This document shows positions 1 to 12,599 of a stretch of DNA of 64,000 nt, piece after piece. Below the pieces are notes generated by a model. It was not told where the DNA came from and searched no databases. It was given only the letters and a program-made list of their open reading frames with translations. Source of the DNA: Lama glama (lineage: Eukaryota); contig CM052817.1 of NCBI GenBank assembly GCA_028534125.1, forward strand, positions 26,042,001 through 26,106,000, written 5' to 3'. The position numbers and the translations under genes are program-made. How positions within the stretch are numbered: the stretch's first letter is position 1; every line of letters begins with the position of its first letter.

Positions 1-19
1 CTATTTTAGGTTTTTTGGT

Positions 20-284
20 TGTTATTTATTTATACTGAACTATAGTTGATTTACAGTATGTGTTAGTTTCAGGTCTATAGCATAGTGATTTGGTATTTTT
101 GCAGATTATACTCCATTGCAGGTTACTACAAGATGATGAGTATAATTCTCTGTGCTCTACAGTATATCCTTCTTGCTTTTATTTTGTATGTAGTAGTTTG
201 TATCTGTTAATCCCATACTCCTAATTTGTCCCTCCTGTCTTTCCTCTCCCCTTTGGTAACGACAAATTTGTTTTCCATATCTGT
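20..284 (-). mobile_element. L1 3' end fragment
   Basis: Reverse complement of the L1 tail (tgaactatagttgatttacagtatgtgttagtttcagg...cctttggtaac). Confidence 0.8.
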
Positions 285-353
285 AGAACACACAATTCAA
301 AGCCCTGAAGTCGCAGGAAAGAGTTTCAGATTTCAAATAGAAATAGTAGTTCT

Positions 354-461
354 GTGTTCACTTTAGCAGCACATATACTAAAATCAGAACACTACAGAGA
401 AGATTAGCATGGCCCTTGTGCAAGGATGACATGCAAATTCATAAAGCATTCCATATTTTTT
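354..461 (+). pseudogene. RNU6: Full-length U6 snRNA retropseudogene (5' half of a U6-L1 chimera)
   Basis: gtgttcactttagcagcacatatactaaaatcagaacactacagagaagattagcatggcccttgtgcaaggatgacatgcaaattcataaagcattccatattttt aligns end to end with U6 (ACAGAGA box). Differences are mostly CpG decay, and the sequence is fused directly to an L1 tail. Confidence 0.95.
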
Positions 462-638
462 AAACAACGAGGGGTCCTACTGTTGTTTAACAGTAGGGAA
501 CTATATTTAATAGCTTGTAATAACCTCTAATGAAAAAGAAAATGAAAAAGAATATACATATGTACAACTGAATCACTAAGCTGTACACCAGCACTAATAC
601 AACATTGTAAATCAACTATACTTCAATTTAAAAAAAGA
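462..638 (+). mobile_element. L1 3' terminus with poly(A) (3' half of the U6-L1 chimera)
   Basis: aaacaacgaggggtcctactg...ctgtacaccagcactaatacaacattgtaaatcaactatacttcaattta(A)n, the same L1 tail seen at 6391, 27565 and 32085. TSD at 339-353 / 639-653. Confidence 0.9.
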
Positions 639-1491
639 AGAAATAGTAGTTGTCTGCCTGCAGCAGTAGTTTCATTGATTTTTTCAGTGCAGTATAGTAT
701 TTTATTGCAGGATCATACTATAATTTATGTATCCATTTGCTGACAACATTTAGGTTGTTTCCCATTTGGTGTTATTATCAATGGCACTGCTAATACCTGT
801 GTTTTAGTGCATATATGAATGTATTTCTGTTGGATATACACCTAGGAGTGGAATTTCTGGGTCAAACTATGCATATTTTCAACTTTAGTAAATACTGTCA
901 AATAATATTCAAAAACATAATACCATGAACTCATTTTACAGTGAAAATTTTAAAAAATGGAATCCTGCTTAATAGTTGGTAAGTTAACAATAAATAATAA
1001 TTGTTAATAATAAGATAGAGGCATATTTTCCTAACTATAAATTCTTTAAATTCATAGAAATTTTAAAATTCCAATTAAACAAATTTGGGATACTAAACAC
1101 TGAATATGAAAGACATCATTTATTCATCCAAGGTTTCCCTAATATAAATACAATAATCCAAAAATATAATAGCCTTACATGAATATATAAACATTTACAT
1201 TTATATTTTATAAACATCCAGTTTTATTTATTTTGTTCTTACAGAATACCACTTTTAAATTTTACTATTACAATATGGTAACCATACCAACAGACAAAAG
1301 TAAAAAATAGAGAAGAGAAAAAAATACTCACAACCTCATTGTATTAATACAACCATTATTAATATTTGATATACTTCTCTCCAGGCATTTTCCCTCAGCA
1401 TATTTGACATAATCATAATTATAATGTTCATAACATTGTATATTTAGATCTTTTCATTTAATTTCTTATCAGTTGCAGTCATAGATTTTTA

Positions 1492-1812
<321 letters not shown>

Positions 1813-1904
1813 TTATAAAAACTGTCAAGGTGACAGATATCTGGAAGGATTTCCTATATTGACACTCAATAAGATTTATGAAAGCAATCATTTAAAAAAT
1901 AGAA

Positions 1905-2037
1905 GGAGGGTATAGCTCAGTGGTAGAGTGCATGCTCAGCATGCATGAGGTCCTGGGTTCAATCCCCAGTACCTCCATTTAAATAAATAAATAAATAAAC
2001 CTAATTAACTCCCTCCACAAAACAACAACAACAAAAA
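1905..2037 (+). mobile_element. tRNA-derived camelid-type SINE (vic-1-like)
   Basis: ggagggtatagctcagtggtagagtgcatgctcagcatgcatgaggtcctgggttcaatccccagtacctcc with Pol III A/B boxes, followed by (TAAA)n, cctaatta and an A-rich tail. Confidence 0.85.
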
Positions 2038-4689
2038 CTGGATGACCTACCCTGTTTTCAGCTGTACTAGCATGAAACATGGAAAAAATTATTGTAACCG
2101 GTATTATTGGAGAAGAGTCACAAAGATTATAATTTAGAAAGTCAAGAAGCAAAATAGAACCTTACTTAGTCTTCTAACACATTAGAGTAACTTTGATTGC
2201 TGAGGGAAAATTCAAGGGTGAACACACCAATGCAATCCGAGCTTAAATAAATGCTAGTACACAAAGGTCAGCTTTATGATAGGTTTAGACTAAAATAATC
2301 GGTATTAAGATTAGTTCCAAAGTCCAGAATTGGCCTCTGAGATTATATTCCCTACACAATTTGGCTTCAGCGATTTATTTTCAGGTTCTTGACAATGATC
2401 TTAGATTCTATCTCAACTTTAATCAGAAACCGTAAGATGGTTAAAGGAAAGTAACTTTTGTAGTTAGCAAAGCTGTTACATAGATTTTGGTAGGTTTTTC
2501 AAAAGCCATTAGGTGAACTGATTCACACTAATCAGAGTGACAAGGGACTGACTTATACTAAGAATGTTAGTTTATTCGGTAATGAGAACAAGAATTGTCA
2601 AACTGTTCAGATTCTTAGAATTTTAGTCCTTGTCAAAAACTAAATCCAATCTCAGACATCATTGGATCTAACCCATTCATGGATTCCAAAGAGAAGGAAA
2701 ATGGCAATCAGCGAGTTTAAGAATTTGTTAGTATATTCCTGCACGGATCAGAGAAGGTACTCTGGAAGGCAGGATCTAATTACAGTGCCTAGCAAGTATA
2801 TCCCTATTATGAAAAAAGATACATGAAGCACAGAATTAAGAAGATCCAATTCACTTTGGTCTGTATTAAGCAATGTTCTAATCTTCATTGGTTCTCTGGG
2901 CAGACTTCCCTATCGGAAGAGAATGAGCTGACCAACCCACTTGAGGTTCCCGGTCTGTATTAACAAACAAGTAATCTGGCTTATAAATTAATCTTTCGTA
3001 GCCATGATTTGCAGATATCAACTCACAGCCTGATCTCTAATGACTTTTTATAACTATTAAAAAATGGAATTTTAGTAAAATAGTAAGTATGAACAAAATA
3101 TGGGATCTAATTGAGTCCCTGAAAGAAAGCAATATTCTTTGTGATAAATGCATAAACAAATATTTAAAATTTATTTTTGTTTTGAATAAGTAGTAATTCA
3201 CGATTCAAAAATTAAATCTGTATAACAAGGTAAACACTCAGACTTGCACCTACCCCATTCCTGTCTACTTTGCTACCCTCCACTTTTTCAGTTATCCCCA
3301 TGTTGCTATTTCACATGAAGTATGAATTTGCAGATGACAACGGGGAAATTACTGAAGAAGCTAGATGTACAATCTGTGCAGGTCTGAATAAACTGCCACT
3401 TGGGAGTTTCAACAAAACCTCCAATAAGCTTTAACATGGAGCTTGATACAGTGTTAGTGATAAATAATTTGCCCAACACAGTCTCTTCTGATTTCATTTT
3501 CAATTTCTGCTTTCATGTACCTTCTGACCCTCTACTGTGCTGTCAGGAAATGGGAATATTTGCTCACTGAATAAGTCAGTTTGAAATGAGTTTTTTTTTA
3601 CCTCTGCGTTTTGGGAAAGTCACAGCAAACCAGGCTGTTCCAAAACTAATTATCCAGTAGCTAAGGCAACAGACCTTATGGCTGGATACATCAACTTCAC
3701 ACATCATCTTAGATATTTCCAAAAATTAAACAGTAACAGATGCCTGACCCAGGAAAAATATTCAATCAGTAAGAAAGTCTGTTAACCTTATTATCTATAG
3801 GGTACCATGTAAAGCTGTGGAAATGGCAAGAGAGAAGATGGAGTATGCTTATTAATTATAGATTTTATGTTAGAGAAATAAGTACAGCAATGGGAGAAGA
3901 AATGAAATCCTTTCAATAACGGTTGTCTACCACTTACCTTAGACTAGATGCTGGGTACTGAAAAGCACGTCTCAGAGAAGACAGTAAGATCTTTCATTTC
4001 CAGAACAGCCCCTCCCACCTACCTCCCCATTCCCCTCACCCCCAAGAAACAGACCAGACTACTGTTGTCCATTTCTTAGGGGATTTGACGAAACTCAAAG
4101 GCTCACTGTGTCTTTGAGGGCAGTCAATGAACAGCTACTCCTCTGTATATCCCTGAAAAGCTCCCTACCAATGAATCCCCCTTTCCCATATACCAAAATT
4201 CTCAACCTTACTCCATTATCTTCCTGTATATAAAGAGGTATAATTTTTCAAGGTTTCACACAGCATGATTTCCTGAACACGCAAGAAAGGCCTTCCCTAA
4301 CATGAAATAAAGCCATTTATACGGTGTGGTGGCCAACAAAGCATTCCAAGACAGCTCATACAAGATGTCACGATAGAATGAATGTCTTAGGATTTCGCCC
4401 TTAAAAGGGCTCTCTGGTTCATTTTCTCTTTAGTTTCTTTAGGGCGGCCAATGACGTGAGGAAAGCAGCAGCCCTCCATGTGAGCAGACCCCAAACACAA
4501 ACAAAAGACTTCGATTCTGAGACCAAAATGGGGTCCCCAACCAGAAGACCACTTCCTTTGGTGGATATTTGGGTTTCAGAAGCGCCAGGGAAATCTCATT
4601 TGTTTTAAGTAGGAAAGTGGGGAAAAATAGAGAAGCGATTGGAAAGCTCGCGAGTCTAGAATAAAAAGCCAAGCTAGTCCTCCTCCTGG

Positions 4690-5830
4690 GCAGCAGATCC
4701 AAAAGACGATTCCCGCCCGGAACCCAGAAGAGGAGACGAGAGTCGTGAGATTGGAAGCCCGGGACCGAGCGCAAGGCGCGAATGGAAGCTGCGCGCACAC
4801 CCCCCTGGCTCCTGCACATCCCGCTGGGACCCAGGAGCATCCCCACGGGACGGCGAGGCCAGCCTGGGAAAGGCGCTTACCCACGACCAAGCGCCGACCG
4901 CTCCTATTCCGACGGCTCGGACAGCTCCTCGCTCTGGGCCGCGCAGCCGCAGCTTCTGTACTCGCGCCCTGCTCGGTCTGATCTGCCCTCACCGCACGCC
5001 CCTCTAAGGCTGCCAGGCGCCGCACCCCGAGTCCCGGGCCCAAGCCCGTATTTAAAGGCTTCTACCCAAGAAGGCGGAGGCTTCATTCCCCTGCAGCCAG
5101 GCCCTCCTGGACTCTGGCCTCAGCCGCATCCCTGCTCCACCTCCCGCCACGCTAGGCCCGCGGCCCGCCCCTATTTCCTGCGGGCCCAGGGGCGTGGACA
5201 TGGGGGCGTGGCTAGCCGTGGCTGGGAGGAGTCAGGCCCCGCCCGCCGGCCGAGCTTGGGCAAATCCGTTCGGGCCAGCTCAGCAGCCCCGCCCCTGCCG
5301 CGAGCGGCGCTGGGTGGAACTGCGTGCGCAGCAGTCAGCCAAGGACAGGGCCTGGGTGACCAGGACCGTCTCGGTCAGTCTGTAGTACCCTGTGGTCCGA
5401 GCCCTGGTCTTGCCGTCTGACCCCCGCTTCCCTCCCTGTATCCCTGTTCTGGCTGACAGTCGGCGCTGAGGAGGTGCCGCGTGCGCGCCAGGGGTACGAA
5501 GGTACTGGGCGGGCTGCGTCCCGAGGGGACCGGAAGGTCCCCGCCCCCTTTCCGGTCTCTCCAGCCACCTAGAGGGCTGGCCTCGACTTTCGGCTCCCTA
5601 GACCCGGTCGATCCGCTGCCAGCGGCCCACTCCACTCCCACGCCCTTCTAGGCTCCTGGGTCTACCGCACCCTCCGGGCTGGCGGCCCAGGATTTAGTCA
5701 CTTTACGTCCGACCGGCCGCTTCTGGGAAGGAGGCGCCTCACGTCTGGAGGCTACTGAATCCCATCATGAATGGACTAGTTAGTGGTCCCCGCCCTGATC
5801 CCTGGGTGGAGAAGCGGGACAGCCACGCCC
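4690..5830. promoter_or_regulatory. CpG island / UGDH promoter with GC boxes and a TATA-like element
   Basis: Abrupt GC- and CpG-rich block in AT-rich flanks. CCGCCC boxes near 5165, 5238 and 5288, GGGGCGTGG twice near 5189-5210, TTTAAATA (minus) at 5049-5056. Confidence 0.9.
4881..5020 (-). other. UGDH: Probable non-coding exon 1 of UGDH (5' boundary approximate)
   Basis: Minus-strand donor GTGG|gtaagc at 4881/4880 inside the CpG island. A TATA-like TTTAAATA at 5049-5056 (minus strand) suggests a TSS near 5020. Confidence 0.7.
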
Positions 5831-6390
5831 TCCAGACACATTTTCCTGATACTCCTGCCAAATTAAGGATCTGAGATGTCTGTGCGTGATGTATAGCAGA
5901 GAGTATGCAAGATGTAAGTGCCGTGTATAAGAAAGAGTAAAATTAATGTATGGAGCCTTCCACTTTTAATGTGGCGAACAGTCTGTTCTTCTTTCCCCAC
6001 TAGAAGATCATATTAAACCTCAAATCTAAGAAGAAAAAAGGAAAATCATAACTGGTCTTAATAAATCAAGAATTACAACAAGTGATATAATCTGTACTTG
6101 AAGTTAAAGGCCATTTTCAGATAAATCATGAAGAAAGTGGAAATTTATAAAGGTGCATTAAAATACCATATAGATGATAGATTTCTTGATAGGAGCATGA
6201 TGACAACTTTAAGAAAGCTGTTGAATGTCGATTAAACACGTTTGCTGTGGATTGTAGAATGTATGATAAGATATGTAGAGGTTTTTACATTCTATGCGAT
6301 TAAGTTCATTTATCCAACAGTTAGTGCCTGTTGTGTGTTAGACATTATCCTAGAGACCGGAGATAAGAAGTGGATCAAAACCCAATTCCT

Positions 6391-6685
6391 CACAGGAATA
6401 GACTCACAGATATAGAGAACAAATTTATGGTTACCAAAGGGGAAAGGGGCAAGGGAGGGATGAATTTGTGATTAACGGATCCACACTACTGTATAAAAAA
6501 TAGATAGTCAATAAGGATCTACTGTATAGCACAGGGAACTATATTCACTATCTTGTAATAATCTATAATGGAAAAATCTGAAAAAGAATACATATTTATA
6601 AGTGTATATATATGTATAACTGAATCACTTTGCTGTACACCTGAAACATTGTAAATCAACTATACTTAAAAAAAAGTTTTTAAAG
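6391..6685 (+). mobile_element. 5'-truncated L1 3' end inserted in an L2 relic
   Basis: L1 tail with poly(A). TSD ACCCAATTCCT at 6380-6390 and 6686-6696. Confidence 0.85.
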
Positions 6686-7024
6686 ACCCAATTCCTTCTT
6701 CCAAAGCTCATAGGCTAGTAGAGGTAACTGAATATGTCATTGCATACATGTGACAAATACTATAATAGAGGTATCTTTTCGAACTTGACATATACATAGA
6801 TTTAAATTTCCTATTACAGTTGGCTTTCTAATAAAAGCTACTTTTCTATTATTATTCTCTATGTTGAATTCAACATTTTTCTACCTAGTATTGACTTCAC
6901 ATTCTTTGTTAATATTTTGATAATAATCATAATCTTTAAAACAGACAATAGTTTCTCAGAAATTAAATCAGAATATCAATATTCATTAGGATGAACTTTT
7001 GTATATATGACAAATTGTGCTAAC

Positions 7025-7449
7025 AGTCTCTGAGACCTTTTCAGGAGATCCAGGAGGCAAAATATTTTTATGATAATACTAATATGTCACCTTTTCCACT
7101 CTTATTCTCTTATAAGCATACAGTGGAATTTTCCAGAGACTGTATGACATGTGATATTGTAACAGATCGAGGCATATATTATAGATTTACAAAAATGTAA
7201 AGCAATACCAATCTTCTTGCTAATTTTTTACTTAGAAGTAATTTTTCATAAAGTATGCTATTTATGTTAACATAAAATGAATTTATTATTGTTAATTTTA
7301 AGGAATTGATGTGTTTTCTATAATTTATCCATTTTCATTTCTTATAGGATAAATACCAATAGATATAATTAATATGAAAAAACTTTTGGGGGTCTTCAAG
7401 TTTTAGATGTATAAAGGAGTCCTGAGAACAAAAAGTTTGAGAACTGCTT
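7025..7449 (+). mobile_element. hAT-Charlie1-type DNA transposon relic
   Basis: gagaccttttcaggagatcc...cagtggaattttccagagac...gtcctgagaacaaaaagtttgagaactgct resembles the Charlie1a/1b consensus; homologous to 14935-15248. Confidence 0.75.
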
Positions 7450-7495
7450 GAGGTAGGCCAATTATTTTCAGATTATGTTTTAAAATTTAAAAATC

Positions 7496-7960
7496 ATTGA
7501 TTTATTCATTCCATAAGTATTTTCTCCAAGTGTTTAGTATGTGATAGGATTGTGCTAGTCACTAGGAATATAATTGTGAGTAAAAAATGATATATTCCTT
7601 TCCTTCATAAATGTTACTCTCTATGGGGAAACATCAAACAATCACACAGATACATGTAAAATTGCAGCTTTATTATAGAAAAATACATAGTCTTGTGGGA
7701 ATACACAATAGAAGTATCTAACATAGCAGGTCAGGGATGCTTTCTCAAGATGTGATAATTGAGCTCTTAAAGGAGACATAGGCATTAACTAGGGAAAACA
7801 AAAAAGATGGCTAGAGGAATTAAAGGGTGAACGTAGGGAGAGCAATTCAGAGCCAATTACCATCATCAAGAATTAGAAGCAGTATGTCCAGCGTAGTAGC
7901 CATGGAAATTTAGAGAAATGAACAGATTCAAGAGATGATCAGGGAATAAAAGCAATACAA
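7496..7960 (-). mobile_element. L2 3' region relic
   Basis: Starts with a ttgatttattcattc-type L2 tail complement followed by a purine-rich body. Confidence 0.65.
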
Positions 7961-8999
7961 CTTTAGTAATATCCCTCATCAGCCCTGCCCCCATCTCACA
8001 CAAGGATAGCACTATCCTGGATTCAATAGTAACGGTTAGTTTTGCCTTGCACAGATATATTTAAGGGAATCAATTTCTAGCCCCTCAACTTCCACAGGTA
8101 CTCATTCCCAAAATTGATCTGTCCAGGAACAGTCCATTTTATAAAAGAAAGGCTTACCTTTCACCTAAACAGAACCTACTATGATCCACTACCCAGGGGT
8201 AAAATTCTGGGTGCCAAACAAAGGGATAAACTGAATTCTGGTTTTGGGGAAGTCCCCTGTAGTGATTAATCAAGACCCTTCAAATCTGCCTTTCCTCCTT
8301 TTGTATTTATTTTTGTTAAAGCTGAAGTTCAGAGTTAGGACATTTTGGACAGTTTGATTTCCAAACAGAAGATTCCGTATAAATTAGTGACCTTGATTCT
8401 TTTAAAAACAACTATTTTGCAGGACTGTGAAAAATTTTAAGAGATATTGGATAAAACTGACATGTATAAAATTTACAAGAGTTATTTAGTAAAGTAGTTT
8501 GACTTAGTTATATCAAATCTTAACAATATTTTTTCCACTTGTAGTTTTCATCTTATATAATGTTTAATACTTTTATTAACAAAACTATATTCATTACACC
8601 TGGAAACATGTTAAATGTCAACTTAAAATGTGCTAAGCATTGACCAAAGTCAGAGCCATTCTCCAGAATTTCTAAGGTGTTTAATCACATTTATTGTGGT
8701 ACTAAGGACAGCAGCTGAGGTTATAGTTCTCTTAATGCTTTGGAGCTAACCAGTTGTCTGCAAGTCTTACAAAATATCTTGTAAGATTATGTAAGATTGC
8801 ATTATGATCTTGCTGTCACTAGTGGCTTCACCCAACGATTGTATTAAAGCAAATGAAGGTGATTTTGAATCTGGATTAAAGATTCTATTTGGTTTGCTCA
8901 CAGATGGAGCCAAGTAAGTTTAGGTGAAAAGGTACGAGTTAATGCTTAGACCTCTTCTGCCTTCTTGTGTATTTTGGTCGAGTAGAGAAAAAAAGAATT

Positions 9000-9960
9000 A
9001 AATAACGTCAACATACAGTGATTGAAGTGGGAAGGACACATATGAACCTATGTTAAGGAAGAGTATCAAGTATGCTTTGCATTGGAATTCTAAAAGGGAA
9101 AAAATGTATAAGATAGTTTGTCATTTTTCAAAATTCTTTTAGGAATATACAAGCAATAAATTAGAAATTATAGGTCTAGGATTTTCCAATGAGACTGGAT
9201 GGCTGTAGTTGTGTGGAAAGCAAGATTACTGGAGGAAAGGTTAAGGGACTGAGTATTAGAAGGATTGTCTATCCTTCTAATAGAATCTCAATAGGAGGAG
9301 TGTTGAAAAGACAGGCAGAAAGTCCAATGCTAAAATCTTCAAAGAATGAGGAGTGATCCAGAGGCCTATAGATGACTGTGAAAATACGGTATCAAGTGGA
9401 ATACTTTGCCAGCATGAGCTTCTAAAGAGTTGGAGAGTTTTAGGGAGGAGAAAACAATAGCCTGACAGCCACACTGAGGTATTGTGAAGTTCACTCTACA
9501 CCTACCTTCTTTGGTTATATGGTCTGGAAAAGAAAACAGCCCCCATTTGAGAGGGCAGTGAGAGAGTCAGTGCCCTTAAGGAGATGTCATGTTTTGATGA
9601 AGGGACTGTTCAGAGAAGAGGTTGAAGATATGGGGTGTTTGCTGATGATGACGCTTGAGTTTTGGAGGTTTGGGGCATGAGGAAGGGTATGAGATTGAAT
9701 CAGCTTGGGGGAGTGGCTGAGTGATGGCCTGGGAGTTTTGGACTTGTAGTGGATGCCAATATAAACAGGAGAAAAGAGCATGGTAGGGTCTCTAAAGCCA
9801 GTTATCACTGTGAGACCATTAGTGCAGGGAGGGAGTAGGTAGGTAGGCTTGAGGGAGTCTTGGCAAAAACATGTAGATCTCAGTGGGTCTTCCTGTCAGA
9901 CATGATGACATTGGTGCTGAGGCTAATAAAGGGGTGATACCACTGTGGAGGGGGCTCTGT
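9000..9960 (-). mobile_element. Ancient L2-like LINE internal fragment (endonuclease region)
   Basis: The minus strand near 9340-9380 reads VIYRPLDHSSFFEDFS, resembling the IYRPP motif region of L2/CR1-clade AP endonucleases; heavily decayed. Confidence 0.55.
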
Positions 9961-10462
9961 GGGTATACCCTGACAACTCTGCAGATACTCTTATCTTACA
10001 TCTAGCAAAACTACAGCAATAAAAACCTCTCCCTTTTGCCCTAGACCCATATTCCTCTCAAGTTACTACCACACTTCTTTACACTCATTCATTGCGAAAC
10101 CCCTCCAAAGAGTTGCTTATACTTTGTCTCTCCTTTTTTACCCCCAGTTCTTTCCTTAACTACTCCAGCAGGTTTGTCATCCTATCACTCCAGCAAAACA
10201 TCTTTTACCAAGTTCACCATGAATTCTTTCTGTCAAAATGTTCAATTCTCCATCCCCATAATTTTTCTCCGTAGAATTTGACACCGCTGAGCCCTCCTCC
10301 CTCTAGAGATTTGCTTTCTTTTCAGGCTTCCAAGACAGTACACTCATAGAATTTTCTTCTTCTTCCACAGGGTGGTCCTTCTCAGTCTATTTTTTGGTTC
10401 CTTTTTCTTGACCACAGCTCTAAATGTTGCAGTACCCCAGGTCCCAGTCCTGGGGTTCTCTT

Positions 10463-11885
10463 CTTTCTTTTTTAAATTGAAATATAGTTGACACAGAGTA
10501 TTGTTAGTTTCAGGTATACTACATAATGATCTGACATTTACATACATTATGAAATGATTACTACAATAAGTGTTACTAGAACTTTCTGTCCCCATACAAA
10601 GTTATTACAGTACTATTGACCATATTCCTTATGCTGTATATTATATCCCTATGGCTTATTTGTAACTGGAGAGTTGTACCTCTTAATCCTCTTCACCTAT
10701 TTTGCCCCTTACCTCAGTCCCTCCCCTCTGGCAACAGTTTGTTCTCTGTATCTATAAGTATTTTCATTTTGTTTTGTTATTTATATTTCATATATAAATA
10801 GGATCATATGGTTTTTGTCTTTCTGTCTGACTTATTTAACATAATCTCCTCTAGATTCATCCATGGCAAAATTCCTTTTTTAATGACTGAGTAATATTCT
10901 ATTTTATTTATATACCACACCTTCTTTATCCTTTCATCTATAGATGGGCATTTAGGTTGCTTCCATATCTTGACTGCTGAAAACAATGCTGCAATAATCA
11001 TGGGGGTGCATGTATCTTTTCAAGTCAGTGTTTTTGTTTTCTTCAGGTAAATACCCAGAAATGAAATTGCTGGATAGTATGGCAGTCCTGATTTTTTGAG
11101 GAAAGTTCATACTGTTTTCCATAGATGCTACACCAATCTACAATCCCACCAACAGTGTGCAAGGGTTCCCTTTTCTCCACATCCTTGTCTACAGTTGTTA
11201 TTTCTTGTCTTTTTGATGATAGTAATTCTGAGTGTGAGGTGGCATCTCACTGTGGTTTTGAATTGCATTTTCCTGATGATCAGTGTGATATTGAGCATCT
11301 TCATGTGCCTGTTGGCCATATGTATATCTTCTTTGGAAAAATATCTATTCAGGTCTTCTGTCTATCTTTAAATTGGATTGTTTGGGGTTTTTTATATTGA
11401 GTTGTATGAATTCTTTGTATATTTTTGATATTAACTCCTTATTGTATACATCTTTTGCACACATCTTCTCCTATTCAGTAGGCTGCCTTTTTGTTTTGTT
11501 GGTAGTTTCCTAGTTTTCCAAAAACTTGTGCAAGCTTTTTAGTTTGATGTAGTCTGATTTATTTTTGCTTGCCTGAGGAAACAATCCAAAATTTTTTGCT
11601 AAGACCAGTGTCAAAGAGCCTATGTTTTCTTCTAGGAGTTTTATAGTTTCAGGTCTTATATGTAAGTCTTTCATCCATCTTGAGTTTATTTTTGTATATG
11701 GTTTGAGAAAGTAGTCCAGTTTTTTTACATGTAGCTGTCCAGTTTTCCCAACAACATTTATTGAAGACGCTTTTCCCCACTGTATATTCTTGCCTCCTTT
11801 GACATAGATGAATTGACCATATAAGCATAGGTTTATTTCTGGGCTTTCTATTCTGTTCCATTGATACATGTGTTTGTTTCTCATG
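10463..11885 (-). mobile_element. 5'-truncated L1 (~1.4 kb; decayed ORF2 C-terminus plus 3'UTR) nested in L2
   Basis: ORF-track fragments [53 protein letters not shown] and WKQPKCPSIDE are L1 ORF2 motifs. T-rich tail at ~10463. Confidence 0.93.
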
Positions 11886-12072
11886 TCTGTCTTTATTGTC
11901 TCTTTAGGTGATTTTTATCCAGTCCCAGAGATTCAAATACTATCTGTATTTTGTTGGCTTTTAGAGTATCTCTCTTTATGATGGAAACTTAGCTCCACAC
12001 ACTCTAATCTACTCAAGATCTCCACTTGGATGTCAGATCATTGTAGCCAACACTTAAGTATTGTTTTTCCTT

Positions 12073-12595
12073 TGTGGCAGTGACTGCCAGCTGACCCCAA
12101 TAGCCACACTGCCCTTACTTAGTAACAGAATTCCCAAATTTTAGCTGGACAGATACTTCCTGTAATGAAGACTACAATGTCTAGTCTGCTTTGGGTCTGG
12201 TCACATGGTGAAGTCCTGACTAAGGGGATATGAACGGAAGAGGTATGTATGTTTAGGACAATCCCGTAAATGAAGAGGCAGGCCCTCCTTATTTCCTTCC
12301 CCTCCTCCCCTCTAGCTGGAACACTGACCCACTGGGTGTTGTTTTGGAACTATCTTTGACTATGCAGAGAACAACTACGTTGGGGGGACCACAGACTAGC
12401 AGTTTGAGAAGCTCCACTGCTCTAGGGGTCAGTAGAGCAACAAGACAGTCTGAGTTTTGAACACCTGAAGCAGGTGTATCAGCCCTGGACTGCTTGTATC
12501 CCTGAACTACTACATGAAAGAGAACTTCAGTCTGTCTGGTTTAAGCCACTGGAGTCTCTTTATTCCAGCAAGTTAACCCAATGCTAACTAATACT
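12073..12595 (+). mobile_element. MLT1-type (ERVL-MaLR) solo LTR
   Basis: Begins tgtggcag and ends gtttaagccactg...ctaactaatac, typical of old MLT1 LTR ends. Confidence 0.65.
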
Positions 12596-12599
12596 TGCT

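Noticed and set aside
354..461. Functional U6 snRNA gene
   Set aside because: CpG-decayed, fused to an L1 tail, bounded by a TSD, and no upstream U6 promoter recognised.
1905..1975. tRNA gene
   Set aside because: It is the tRNA-like head of a SINE with an A-rich tail, repeated four times in the window.
4439..5641. Cluster of overlapping 60-212 aa ORFs on both strands
   Set aside because: They coincide with the GC-rich CpG island where stop codons are scarce; the products are low-complexity Pro/Arg/Ala/Gly sequences with no recognisable domain.
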